Below, one piece after another: positions 18,472-26,823 of a stretch of 64,000 nt of DNA. The DNA comes from Candidatus Nomurabacteria bacterium (GTDB lineage: Bacteria; Patescibacteriota; Minisyncoccia; Phycocordibacterales; UBA9973), in assembly GCA_943348755.1 (NCBI GenBank), contig CALQYS010000002.1:18227-82226 (forward strand). The letters run 5' to 3'. Position 1 is the first letter of the stretch, and every line of letters starts with the position of its first letter. The translations under genes were made by a program, and so were the position numbers. Under the pieces are notes generated by a model that was given only the letters and a program-made list of their open reading frames with translations, was not told the DNA's origin and did no database searches.

Positions 18472-18684
18472 ATGTCACAATCACAATATTTAAAAATGTT
18501 AGAAAGGGAGATCCAAAAGATCAATAACAAGATCGATATGAAGATCCTCCAAGGCGAGACTTATTTCAAAGAGGCGAGAGATCATAAATTGCTCTTGAAA
18601 AAGGTTCGTTACCACACTCGAAGGAGCCTCGGACAAAAAATGCTTCATTTATTCTTTCGGAAAGACATAAATATCTATGCCTAA
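18472..18684 (+). CDS. Small basic hypothetical protein, translationally coupled to lexA
   Basis: 70-aa ORF from the first ATG (MSQSQYLKMLEREIQKINNK...). Overlaps the lexA start by 8 nt. Lies downstream of the LexA-box promoter. Confidence 0.4.
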   Translation: MSQSQYLKMLEREIQKINNKIDMKILQGETYFKEARDHKLLLKKVRYHTRRSLGQKMLHLFFRKDINIYA

Positions 18685-19252
18685 TATGCACAGCGAGCAT
18701 CAAGCCAAAATTGAATCCTTCTACTCGCAAAACAAAAGGATGCCTACCTATTCGGAAATGATGGGTCTTTTTGGTTTCAGGTCTAAAAATGCTGTGTTTA
18801 AAGTTGTAGAAAAATTGATAGACGCTGGGCTCGCGACCAAAGATCATCTTGGTAGACTTATGCCCACGCAAGCTTTCGGTGAGATTCCACTTTTGGGGTC
18901 TGTCACCGCTGGATTACCTGCAACAGTTGAAGAAGAACTTTTAGAAAGGGTAAACCTCGACGATATGTTGATAGAAAAGAAAGCTTCAACCTTTATGCTC
19001 GAGGTAGATGGAGACTCGATGATAGATGCCCATATAGAAAAAGGGGACATGGTGCTAGTAGAGAGAGCAAATACTGCCAAAGATGGGCAGATAGTGATAG
19101 CTGAGGTGGATGGAGAGTTTACGATGAAATATTTTCGAAAAGAAGGGAACAAAGTCTGGCTCGAACCAGCTAATAAAAAATACCAGCCGATATATCCGGA
19201 ACATTCTTTGAATATAAATGCAGTCTTAAAGGCGGTGATAAGGAAATACTAA
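18677..19252 (+). CDS. lexA: LexA repressor (S24 peptidase)
   Basis: N-terminal wHTH. Cleavage region plus Ser/Lys dyad context (LEVDGDSMIDAHIEKGDMVLV...KYFRK). Confidence 0.85.
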   Translation: MPNMHSEHQAKIESFYSQNKRMPTYSEMMGLFGFRSKNAVFKVVEKLIDAGLATKDHLGRLMPTQAFGEIPLLGSVTAGLPATVEEELLERVNLDDMLIEKKASTFMLEVDGDSMIDAHIEKGDMVLVERANTAKDGQIVIAEVDGEFTMKYFRKEGNKVWLEPANKKYQPIYPEHSLNINAVLKAVIRKY

Positions 19253-19261
19253 TGTGCAATA

Positions 19262-19290
19262 CAAAAACCGCCTTATGGGCGGTTTTTGTA
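19262..19290. terminator. Bidirectional intrinsic terminator between the convergent lexA and hup
   Basis: aaaaaccgccttatgggcggtttttgta: GC stem CCGCC/GGCGG flanked by an A-run and a T-run. Confidence 0.6.
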
Positions 19291-19324
19291 TTATCTCGAG
19301 ACCTGCCTGCGCAGACAGGGAGAT

Positions 19325-19597
19325 TTAAGCTAGTGAATCCTTCAAACCTTTTGCAGGTCGGAATTTTGGAACTTTCTTAGCAGCTACTTTGACTTGCTCT
19401 CCAGTCTTTGGATTGCGAGCCATGCGAGCAGCTCTTTGCTTGACGGAGAAGATACCGAAGCCGGCGATTGATACTTCGCCTCCGCTCTTCAGAGTGTTGA
19501 CGATAGCACCAAACAAACCATCTACGATTTCTTCAGCTTGTACCTTTGTACCACCTAGCTTTCCGTGTACCCATTCAGCTAATGCTTGTTTATTCAT
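19325..19597 (-). CDS. hup: DNA-binding protein HU
   Basis: MNKQALAEWV...GFGIFSVKQRAARMARNPKTGEQVKVAAKKVPKFRPAK matches the HU/IHF fold consensus. Confidence 0.85.
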   Translation of the reverse strand: MNKQALAEWVHGKLGGTKVQAEEIVDGLFGAIVNTLKSGGEVSIAGFGIFSVKQRAARMARNPKTGEQVKVAAKKVPKFRPAKGLKDSLA

Positions 19598-19901
19598 ATG
19601 TTTTTAAATGAGTTATTTATAATTCTTTCGACCTTGCCCCGCCGTGGCGGTGGCTTATTACTTATAAATTACTACCCATGTAGCCTCTTTGCATTATATA
19701 CCAAGGGTTTTTTAAGGCAAGTGTCTACACTGACCTTATAAATACACGCTATTGGCATTGACTTTTTTATACTATTGTGCTATTCTTATGGTTAAGAAAG
19801 TCCTGTTGGTTTTTTGACAAGTACATATTTATGTAAGTCTTTTCGCGTGTGCGAAAAGCGTATATGTGGCTGTCAGAATTCCTTAGATAACGTAAACGAA
19901 C

Positions 19902-20777
19902 ATGAAAACACCAATCCTCATCCTGGTGGCATTTGCCATCACGGTCCTCAATGCAGTCGCGGCAACGACCTTCAAGGTCCTGCCTTCCTTTGGGCCTCCG
20001 GCAAACGCTGCTAGCTTCCAGGCCTATGCCTTGGACGCTGCAGTGAAAATCAAGTCGTCAGGAACTCTGCCGACTGGAGCGCCGAACGGACCAACTGATG
20101 CTCGCTTCCTACCGTCGGTGGGAGCAGATGATCTGATGACCACGACCACCGCAGCATTCTACCGGGGAGTTTTCTCCCCGCCGTCTCCCTATAACAACGA
20201 GAGGGGTGGCACCGTTTGGTGGTGGATCGAAGTCACTGCAGGAACGGGAGAGACCGTGTCTCTGGCTGACATCGCCGTGACTCTGAATTCCTCGGACTCA
20301 GGGAACGTTCTCGGAAAGACCGTCACGTTCACGGGGACATTCTATTCCCCAACATCGCCAGGCATTCTGGCTGATGGGACAGAAGTCACCTCCGGGCCAG
20401 CTTCACAGCAGGTGAAGCGGGTCATCGTCGGGGTAGCCTCTGTCTCCTTCTCCGTTGGCACTTCGGGTGACGTGCAGGCTGTGCGGGATTTCATTGGCCA
20501 GGCGAACTGGTCGACCCGCACCGTGGTTACGGCCAAGGGGGCTTCGTCCTCTTTGGTTCTCAACCGGATCATGCCGACCCTGAAAGTCAGCAATTCCGGC
20601 GGGCGTCTGCTTCTAAGCAGGGAAAACAACGGCGACCCAGTTTCTTACGAGATCCAGAAGTCAGCTGCCCTTGGAGCTTCTGCAGTTTGGTCCTCTGCTG
20701 GAATCATTTCCCCCGGCGTAACGAATGACATGGGTTCGGTGGCCAGCGGTGCGGGTTTCATCCGCTACAAGCCATGA
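19902..20777 (+). CDS. Secreted hypothetical protein encoded in a high-GC compositional island
   Basis: Signal peptide MKTPILILVAFAITVLNAVAA. Thr/Ser/Gly/Val-rich, no recognisable domain. The DNA is visibly GC-rich (many CCG/GGC/GAC codons) compared with the AT-rich flanks. Confidence 0.6.
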   Translation: MKTPILILVAFAITVLNAVAATTFKVLPSFGPPANAASFQAYALDAAVKIKSSGTLPTGAPNGPTDARFLPSVGADDLMTTTTAAFYRGVFSPPSPYNNERGGTVWWWIEVTAGTGETVSLADIAVTLNSSDSGNVLGKTVTFTGTFYSPTSPGILADGTEVTSGPASQQVKRVIVGVASVSFSVGTSGDVQAVRDFIGQANWSTRTVVTAKGASSSLVLNRIMPTLKVSNSGGRLLLSRENNGDPVSYEIQKSAALGASAVWSSAGIISPGVTNDMGSVASGAGFIRYKP

Positions 20778-20849
20778 GTCAAGGTTACTGTCGAGACCTC
20801 TAAAGCGACAGACGAACTCGATGGGTTCGTAGGTGAACATAACCAATTT

Positions 20850-20900
20850 AATCAAAAGGCGTCGTATGTGACCCAAGAAAAGGGCTCCATCGACGCCTTT
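20850..20900 (+). terminator. Putative intrinsic terminator after the high-GC gene
   Basis: aaggcgtcg...(loop)...cgacgccttttt: 9-bp GC-rich stem plus T-run. Confidence 0.4.
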
Positions 20901-20929
20901 TTCTATTTCTATATTTACCCTTGTATATA

Positions 20930-20958
20930 TTGACTTTATTTCATATTTATGATAGAAT
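20930..20958 (+). promoter_or_regulatory. Putative sigma70 promoter for the tandem-repeat surface protein gene
   Basis: TTGACT, 17-bp spacer, TAGAAT, about 40 nt upstream of the ATG at 21001. Confidence 0.4.
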
Positions 20959-21000
20959 CTAGGATCTAGGTTAGAACTTAGTATTTGGCTTAGAAATAGT

Positions 21001-21999
21001 ATGAATTATTTTAAAACAACATTTTTCTGCGTGGTTCTGGCCATGGCATATACGATGCCTCTTTTTGCCTTTACTCTCACGACTCAGGACAATGGTACGA
21101 CTGCTGGTTCTTCTAATATCTCGACTCAAAATAACGGAACCACCACTGGCTCTTCTCTGGTTACTACACAAAACAACGCCACAACTGTTATCGGTGGAGC
21201 GGGTCTCGTGACTCAAAACAATGGAACTACTGTTGGAGGGGGCACTGGTCTGATAACACAGAATAATGGTAACACTGCAAATTCCGGTGCTCTCACAACC
21301 CAGAATAATGGTACGACCACGGGTTCATCTGGTGTTACGACTCAAAATAACGGGACAAGTGTAGGAGGTTCTGGTCCTTTAGTCACTCAAAATAACGGGA
21401 CAACTACCGGATCAGCCAACCCCACAACTCAAAACAATGGTACAACCACGGGCTCAGGCGGTCTCGTGACCCAAAACAATGGAACCAGTGCTGGTTTTTC
21501 GGGTGTTACAACTCAAAATAATGGCACGACTACTGGCGGAAGTTCTGGTGGTAATAGTGTCGGAAGTGGTCCTAATGGAAGTGGGGGTTTGACGAGTGTT
21601 AGCGATACTGGGCATACAAATGCTGGTCATCCAATTGTAATTGCAGCCGCTCCCACGACTTCATCTATAAATTCTTCCAGAAATGAAAGCGGAGCTCCAT
21701 TATCATCTAGTCAGTTATCCAATATTTTTTCATCAACGGTAAGTCCATTTTCATCTTCTGGATCAAAAAACAATTTATCTCCTAGATTAACCGAAGGTAA
21801 TGGCATAACTGATAATTTACCAGATCTAGCTGCCCAAAGTGCCTCAGCGATCTATGCCTTTGCAGATTTTTGGAACAACCAGCATATATTATGGTTTTTT
21901 ATAATTCTACTTATCGTCGTTGGACACCTTATGTATTGGGAAAAAGAGCGTCTTAAATCTCAAATTATTTTAGCGCCTAAAAAAACTAAGAAAAAATAA
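21001..21999 (+). CDS. Secreted Thr/Asn/Gly-rich tandem-repeat surface protein with a C-terminal TM anchor
   Basis: Signal peptide. 13 tandem copies of an approximately 14-aa unit (VTTQNNGTTTGSSG-like). Ser-rich linker. C-terminal hydrophobic helix ILWFFIILLIVVGHLMYW plus basic tail. Confidence 0.65.
   Translation: MNYFKTTFFCVVLAMAYTMPLFAFTLTTQDNGTTAGSSNISTQNNGTTTGSSLVTTQNNATTVIGGAGLVTQNNGTTVGGGTGLITQNNGNTANSGALTTQNNGTTTGSSGVTTQNNGTSVGGSGPLVTQNNGTTTGSANPTTQNNGTTTGSGGLVTQNNGTSAGFSGVTTQNNGTTTGGSSGGNSVGSGPNGSGGLTSVSDTGHTNAGHPIVIAAAPTTSSINSSRNESGAPLSSSQLSNIFSSTVSPFSSSGSKNNLSPRLTEGNGITDNLPDLAAQSASAIYAFADFWNNQHILWFFIILLIVVGHLMYWEKERLKSQIILAPKKTKKK
21076..21541 (+). repeat. In-frame tandem coding repeats (approx. 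42-bp unit x13) within the surface protein gene
   Basis: Repeated acNcaRaaYaaYgg... units. The copies have diverged at synonymous positions. Confidence 0.6.
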
Positions 22000-22000
22000 T

Positions 22001-23530
22001 TTATCTAGCGTATTCAATAACTCTCATTTCTCGGATCATCGTAACCTTTATTTCACCTGGGTATTTGAGTTCTTTCTCTATTTTTAGGGCTATGTCGCGA
22101 GCCATAATCTTGGCTTCAGCATCAGAGACCTTTTCTGGAGTCACGAATATGCGGATTTCACGGCCGGCTTGCAGGGCATAGGACTTTTCGACAGCAGGGA
22201 AGGTGTTTACTAGGGCTTCGAGCTCTTGGAGCCTCTTTAGATAGTTCTCTACTGAGTCTCTGCGGGCTCCTGGGCGTCCGCCAGAGATAGAGTCAGCAGT
22301 TTGCACGATGATAGACTCAATAGTCTCATAAGGATAATCTTCGTGATGACTTTTCATTGCAGTGATTATTCTTTCATCCGCACCGAATTTCTGTAAAATA
22401 CGCATACCTATCTCGATATGTGTGCCTTGTACTTCATGGTCGAGGGCTTTACCTATGTCATGCACCAAAGCTCCGGCCTTGGCTATTGCTACATCTGCAC
22501 CTAGCTCTTCTGCGAGCATTCCAGCGATATGTGCCATCTCGATAGAGTGCTGAAGGACGTTTTGTCCATAACTAGTGCGGAAATACAATCGTCCGATGAT
22601 GGCTATAATGCGCGGATCGAAATTCAATATGCCACATTCGTATACTGCCTGTTCGCCCTTTTCTTTAATTATTTTGTTTATTTCTTCTTTTGCCTTTTCG
22701 ACTAACTCCTCTATCTTGGCTGGTTGAATACGTCCATCAAGAATAAGGTTTTCAAGCGCTAGTCTGGCGACCTGTCTACGAATCGGATCAAATGAAGAAA
22801 TGACGATAGAACCCGGTGTGTCATCAACAATTAGCTCTACACCAGAAGCTCTTTCAAAAGCTCGAATATTTCTACCTTCTTTACCGATGATCTTGCCTTT
22901 GATTTCGTTGTTCGGGATAGACACTATCGTTGTCATCAGTTCCGAAGCAGTACTAGACGCTAGACGCTGGATGCTTGTGGCTAGTATGTCTTTTGCTCTG
23001 CGATCTAATTTCTCCTGGTTGCTATTTTCCAACTTTTGGATTCTAGTCAAGATATCTTCCTCATATTTCTTCTCAATATCCCTCAAGAGCTCTTCTTTGG
23101 CTTCCACTTCCGTTAGTTTAGCTACTCTTTCTAATTCTGTCCTCTTTTCTTCCTCTATCTTTAATACTTTATCTTGAATTTTCTTTATCTCTTCTACTTT
23201 CGTTTTTATGTTGTCAACTTCTTTGTTGATTTCGACTTGGCGAGAATCCAAAAACTCGTCTTTTTTAATAAGACGTAGCTCTTTTTCTTTCCATTCTGTT
23301 TCTTTCTTCTTTTCTTCTTCCTTTAGTTCATTCAGTTTACTTTCCGAAGCCCTTTTTGCTTCATCGGTAATCTTTTGTGCTTCTTCTTTGGCACCCACCA
23401 TCATTTGCTTGATGTCGATCTCAATCGATCGTCTCTTGCCGAGCGCTACGATCACACGCAAGTAGTATCCTACCCCGACACCCAAAAGAAGCGCTCCTGC
23501 GCCTATTAGAATTATCATTAATGTACTCAT
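22001..23530 (-). CDS. rny: Ribonuclease Y
   Basis: N-terminal TM anchor, coiled coil, KH domain (GKIIGKEGRNIRAFE), HD domain (ALVHDIGKALDHE). Confidence 0.85.
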   Translation of the reverse strand: MSTLMIILIGAGALLLGVGVGYYLRVIVALGKRRSIEIDIKQMMVGAKEEAQKITDEAKRASESKLNELKEEEKKKETEWKEKELRLIKKDEFLDSRQVEINKEVDNIKTKVEEIKKIQDKVLKIEEEKRTELERVAKLTEVEAKEELLRDIEKKYEEDILTRIQKLENSNQEKLDRRAKDILATSIQRLASSTASELMTTIVSIPNNEIKGKIIGKEGRNIRAFERASGVELIVDDTPGSIVISSFDPIRRQVARLALENLILDGRIQPAKIEELVEKAKEEINKIIKEKGEQAVYECGILNFDPRIIAIIGRLYFRTSYGQNVLQHSIEMAHIAGMLAEELGADVAIAKAGALVHDIGKALDHEVQGTHIEIGMRILQKFGADERIITAMKSHHEDYPYETIESIIVQTADSISGGRPGARRDSVENYLKRLQELEALVNTFPAVEKSYALQAGREIRIFVTPEKVSDAEAKIMARDIALKIEKELKYPGEIKVTMIREMRVIEYAR

Positions 23531-23717
23531 AAGCTTTGTGTCAGCTTACAAGAATACGCCACTATATTTGCGGTCTTTATTCCGCTCCAAGGTTTTTGAC
23601 AAAGATTTTAAAATTCCTCTTTAAACACTTCATAATATAAGGTATATTCTCCTAAACCAAGTAAAATAAAATTTTTAAATTCAACTTTATTAGTATAACA
23701 AATGATAGAAAATATGT

Positions 23718-24347
23718 CTAGTTGACAGCTTTTGCGACAGGAGCCTTGGATTTGGTGACTATTTCGTCCACAATTCCATACTTTTTAGCCTCTTCTGCGT
23801 CCATGAAAAAATCACGATCTACATCTTTTTCTATTTGCGGAAGAGATTTGCCAGTATTCTTGGCAAGGAGTTTATTCAAGTTGTCTCTAGTTTTTAAGAT
23901 ATGTTTCGCAGTGATGGCAATGTCTGTGGCCTGTCCTTCTACGCCACCCAAAGGTTGATGAATCATAACTTCTGCGTTTGGCAGTATGTAACGTTTACCC
24001 TTTTTACCCGCAGATAAAATAATTGCTCCACCGGAAGCAGCAAGGCCAACACAGAAAGTAGAAACATCGGGACGGACATGATTCATGGTGTCAACTATCG
24101 CCATAGTCGAAGTGACCGATCCACCAGGGGAGTTGATGTAGAGATAAATATCTTTTTTACTATCTTCTGATTCGAGGAAAAGCAGTTGAGCGATGACAAT
24201 GTTTGCAGTGTGGTCATCGATTGGTCCGCCCAAGAATATGATACGCTCCCGTAAAAGCCGTGAGTAAATATCATAAACTCTTTCTCCGAATTGCGATTTT
24301 TCTATAACTGTTGGTATCAACATAAAGCCTATTATAGTCTTTTTCAT
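23718..24347 (-). CDS. clpP: ATP-dependent Clp protease proteolytic subunit
   Basis: [24 protein letters not shown]...[11 protein letters not shown]...MIHQPLGG. Likely true start at MLIPTVIEK (about 24323). Confidence 0.85.
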   Translation of the reverse strand: MKKTIIGFMLIPTVIEKSQFGERVYDIYSRLLRERIIFLGGPIDDHTANIVIAQLLFLESEDSKKDIYLYINSPGGSVTSTMAIVDTMNHVRPDVSTFCVGLAASGGAIILSAGKKGKRYILPNAEVMIHQPLGGVEGQATDIAITAKHILKTRDNLNKLLAKNTGKSLPQIEKDVDRDFFMDAEEAKKYGIVDEIVTKSKAPVAKAVN

Positions 24348-24435
24348 GCCCTTTTCAAGTCTCTTTAGTTATCCACTTTCTAGCCCCTTGCTTACACTTC
24401 AAAACGTGGTACCATCCTATGCAATGTGTAAAGAG

Positions 24436-25767
24436 ATGAATAAGCCAAATACACCTCAAACCTATATTCATAATATTTACGTTTCTATTATTCAAACCCT
24501 GTCGGGTTTATTTTTTTGCCCAAAATATACATATAGAGCCATATCCTCTATAGAAGGTATAGTTGTGAGTGCGCGGAGTCAAAAAATCCGCCGTATTGAG
24601 ATAGATCAGTATACCGGACTTATCCGAAAAGTTTCCGAGCCGACTGGGGTGGCTGATGTGGTATTAAAAGATGAATTAATTTTCCCTGGCTTTATTGATC
24701 TGCATGTACACGCGCGAGAGGATATGAGCCACACCCAAGAATACAAGGAGGATTTTAGGACTGTCGGTCTGGCTGCGATAAATGGTGGGGTAGTGGCTTT
24801 GGCGGACATGCCGAATAATCCGATACCACCTATCGACGATAAAAGTTATGAGCAAAAAGGCAATCTAGCCAAAAAATCTCCCATTCCTGTGGTACTCTAC
24901 GCTGGTATCGGACCGAACACTAAACCACTTTCCAAAAAGGTTCCTTATAAAGTTTTTATGGGGCCTTCGGTCGGGGATTTGTTTTTTAATTCTCTCGACG
25001 AGTTAGAGGCAGTTATTAAAAATTATCAAGGTCAAAATGTAAGTTTTCATTCCGAAGAGCCTGAAATTTTAGAAAAAAACAAAAATGCTTCGACTCATGA
25101 AGCTAAACGTCCTCCCGAAGCAGAAATTTCTGCAGTAGACTTTGCTCTGCAACTTATCGAAAAATATGATCTTGTCGGTAAGATCTGTCACTGTTCTACT
25201 TTAGAGGGGATAAATAAAATAATTAGTGCCAAGAAGCGGGGGATAAAGGTAACAGTTGAAGTTACTCCGCATCATTTGTATTTTGATGAAACGATGTTGG
25301 GCGGAAAAAGAAAAAGTTTCCAAGTAAATCCGCCGATACGCCAAACCAAGGAAAATCGCTTAGCGCTTATATCAATGTTAAAAAACGGGAATATAGATTA
25401 TCTGGCGACTGACCATGCTCCTCATTCTGTATCCGAAAAAGAAAAGGGTATTTCTGGGCTGACGCATCTTGATACTTATGGGCCATTTATCACATGGCTG
25501 ATCAAGGAACATAGATTTACATTTGAAGAAATCGTACGGGTTTGCTCTAAAAATCCGTCAGATTTTATTAATAAATTCTCTAAAGATCAGTACGGCGAAA
25601 TCAAAGAGGGTCATATCGCTTCTCTTTCAGTTATAGACATGAAAAAACCCATAAATATTAGTCCGAAAATGCTTAAAACGAAATGTCGCTGGTCTCCATT
25701 TTTGGGGATTACCTTCCCGGGCAGTGTATCTATGACAATAATAAAAGGAAAATTGTATGAAAAATAA
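24436..25767 (+). CDS. pyrC: Dihydroorotase (amidohydrolase superfamily), start uncertain
   Basis: FPGFIDLHVHARED metal-binding motif; ...TDHAPHS...; first gene of the pyr cluster. The ORF-track start at 24346 overlaps clpP and is probably an artefact. Confidence 0.7.
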   Translation: MNKPNTPQTYIHNIYVSIIQTLSGLFFCPKYTYRAISSIEGIVVSARSQKIRRIEIDQYTGLIRKVSEPTGVADVVLKDELIFPGFIDLHVHAREDMSHTQEYKEDFRTVGLAAINGGVVALADMPNNPIPPIDDKSYEQKGNLAKKSPIPVVLYAGIGPNTKPLSKKVPYKVFMGPSVGDLFFNSLDELEAVIKNYQGQNVSFHSEEPEILEKNKNASTHEAKRPPEAEISAVDFALQLIEKYDLVGKICHCSTLEGINKIISAKKRGIKVTVEVTPHHLYFDETMLGGKRKSFQVNPPIRQTKENRLALISMLKNGNIDYLATDHAPHSVSEKEKGISGLTHLDTYGPFITWLIKEHRFTFEEIVRVCSKNPSDFINKFSKDQYGEIKEGHIASLSVIDMKKPINISPKMLKTKCRWSPFLGITFPGSVSMTIIKGKLYEK

Positions 25768-26821
25768 AAAAATCGGGAAACTAATATTAAAGGACGGCAC
25801 TACTCTTTCTGGTATATCCTTTGGCGCTAATAAATCAATTTCCGGGGAAGTTGTTTTTGCTACCGGCATGGTGGGTTATCCGGAAGCTTTAACTGATCCT
25901 TCATTTAAAGGTCAGATTTTAGTCTTGACCTATCCACTCGTGGGGAACTATGGTGTACCTAAAAAAGAATTTTGGGAATCGGATAAAATCCAAATATCTG
26001 GTTTAATTGTTTCGAGTTATATTGATACACCATCACATCATGCAATAGAGGAGACACTTGGAGAGTGGCTTACTTCGGAAGGAATCCCAGCCCTTGAAGT
26101 CAAAGATACTCGTTTGCTTACACAAAAATTGCGCACACAAGGCGTGATGCTGGGTAAAATAGAGGTTGATCAAAATCCGACCGAATTTCAAGATCCCAAC
26201 TTGCAAAATCTGGTAGCAGAAGTTAGTACTTCCAAGATAGTTACCTTCGGCCAGGGTGAAAAGACTATTGTGCTGATCGATTGCGGGGTAAAACAGAATA
26301 TTATTCGAAGATTAGTAGTAAAAGGCTTCAAAGTAGCCGTAGTGCCATACGACACAGACGTGACTAAGTTAAAGTTTCCATTTTCTGCTGTGGTTATTTC
26401 GAACGGTCCCGGGGATCCCACAATGGTAAAGACCACGATCAATAACGTGAAAAAAATAATCAAACAGGGGATTCCAACGCTTGGGATTTGTCTAGGCAAC
26501 CAAATTTTAGCGCTAGCGACTGGTGGCACTACTTATAAATTAAAATTTGGTCACCGAAGCCAAAACCAGCCTGCAGTGGAAAGTGGAAGCAACAAATGCT
26601 ATTTAACGACACAAAATCATGGTTTTGCGGTCGGTAAAATCCCTAAGGGTTTTAAGGAATGGTTTTATAACGCGAATGATCTTACAAACGAAGGCATCAT
26701 TCATAACAGTATGCCCTTTATGTCCGTTCAATTTCACCCCGAAAGTGCCCCAGGCCCTATTGATACTGATTGGATTTTCGATTATTTTTTTGAAAAAGCC
26801 GGATTAAATAAAAACAAATAA
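25757..26821 (+). CDS. carA: Carbamoyl-phosphate synthase small (glutaminase) subunit
   Basis: CarA N-terminal domain; class-I GATase GICLGNQILALA...QFHPE. Confidence 0.85.
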   Translation: MKNKKIGKLILKDGTTLSGISFGANKSISGEVVFATGMVGYPEALTDPSFKGQILVLTYPLVGNYGVPKKEFWESDKIQISGLIVSSYIDTPSHHAIEETLGEWLTSEGIPALEVKDTRLLTQKLRTQGVMLGKIEVDQNPTEFQDPNLQNLVAEVSTSKIVTFGQGEKTIVLIDCGVKQNIIRRLVVKGFKVAVVPYDTDVTKLKFPFSAVVISNGPGDPTMVKTTINNVKKIIKQGIPTLGICLGNQILALATGGTTYKLKFGHRSQNQPAVESGSNKCYLTTQNHGFAVGKIPKGFKEWFYNANDLTNEGIIHNSMPFMSVQFHPESAPGPIDTDWIFDYFFEKAGLNKNK

Positions 26822-26823
26822 AT

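Noticed and set aside
20971-21216. 81-aa minus-strand ORF
   Set aside because: It overlaps the promoter and 5' end of the strongly supported tandem-repeat protein gene. It has no features of its own.
21076-21541. Tandem direct repeats considered as a possible CRISPR array
   Set aside because: The repeats are in-frame coding repeats of about 42 bp without unique spacers, inside a signal-peptide protein. No cas genes are present.
22800-23465. ORFs 22800..23177 and 23208..23465 on the plus strand
   Set aside because: They lie antisense inside the well-conserved rny gene and encode Ser/Leu-rich low-complexity peptides. They are shadows of the AT-rich coiled-coil coding region.
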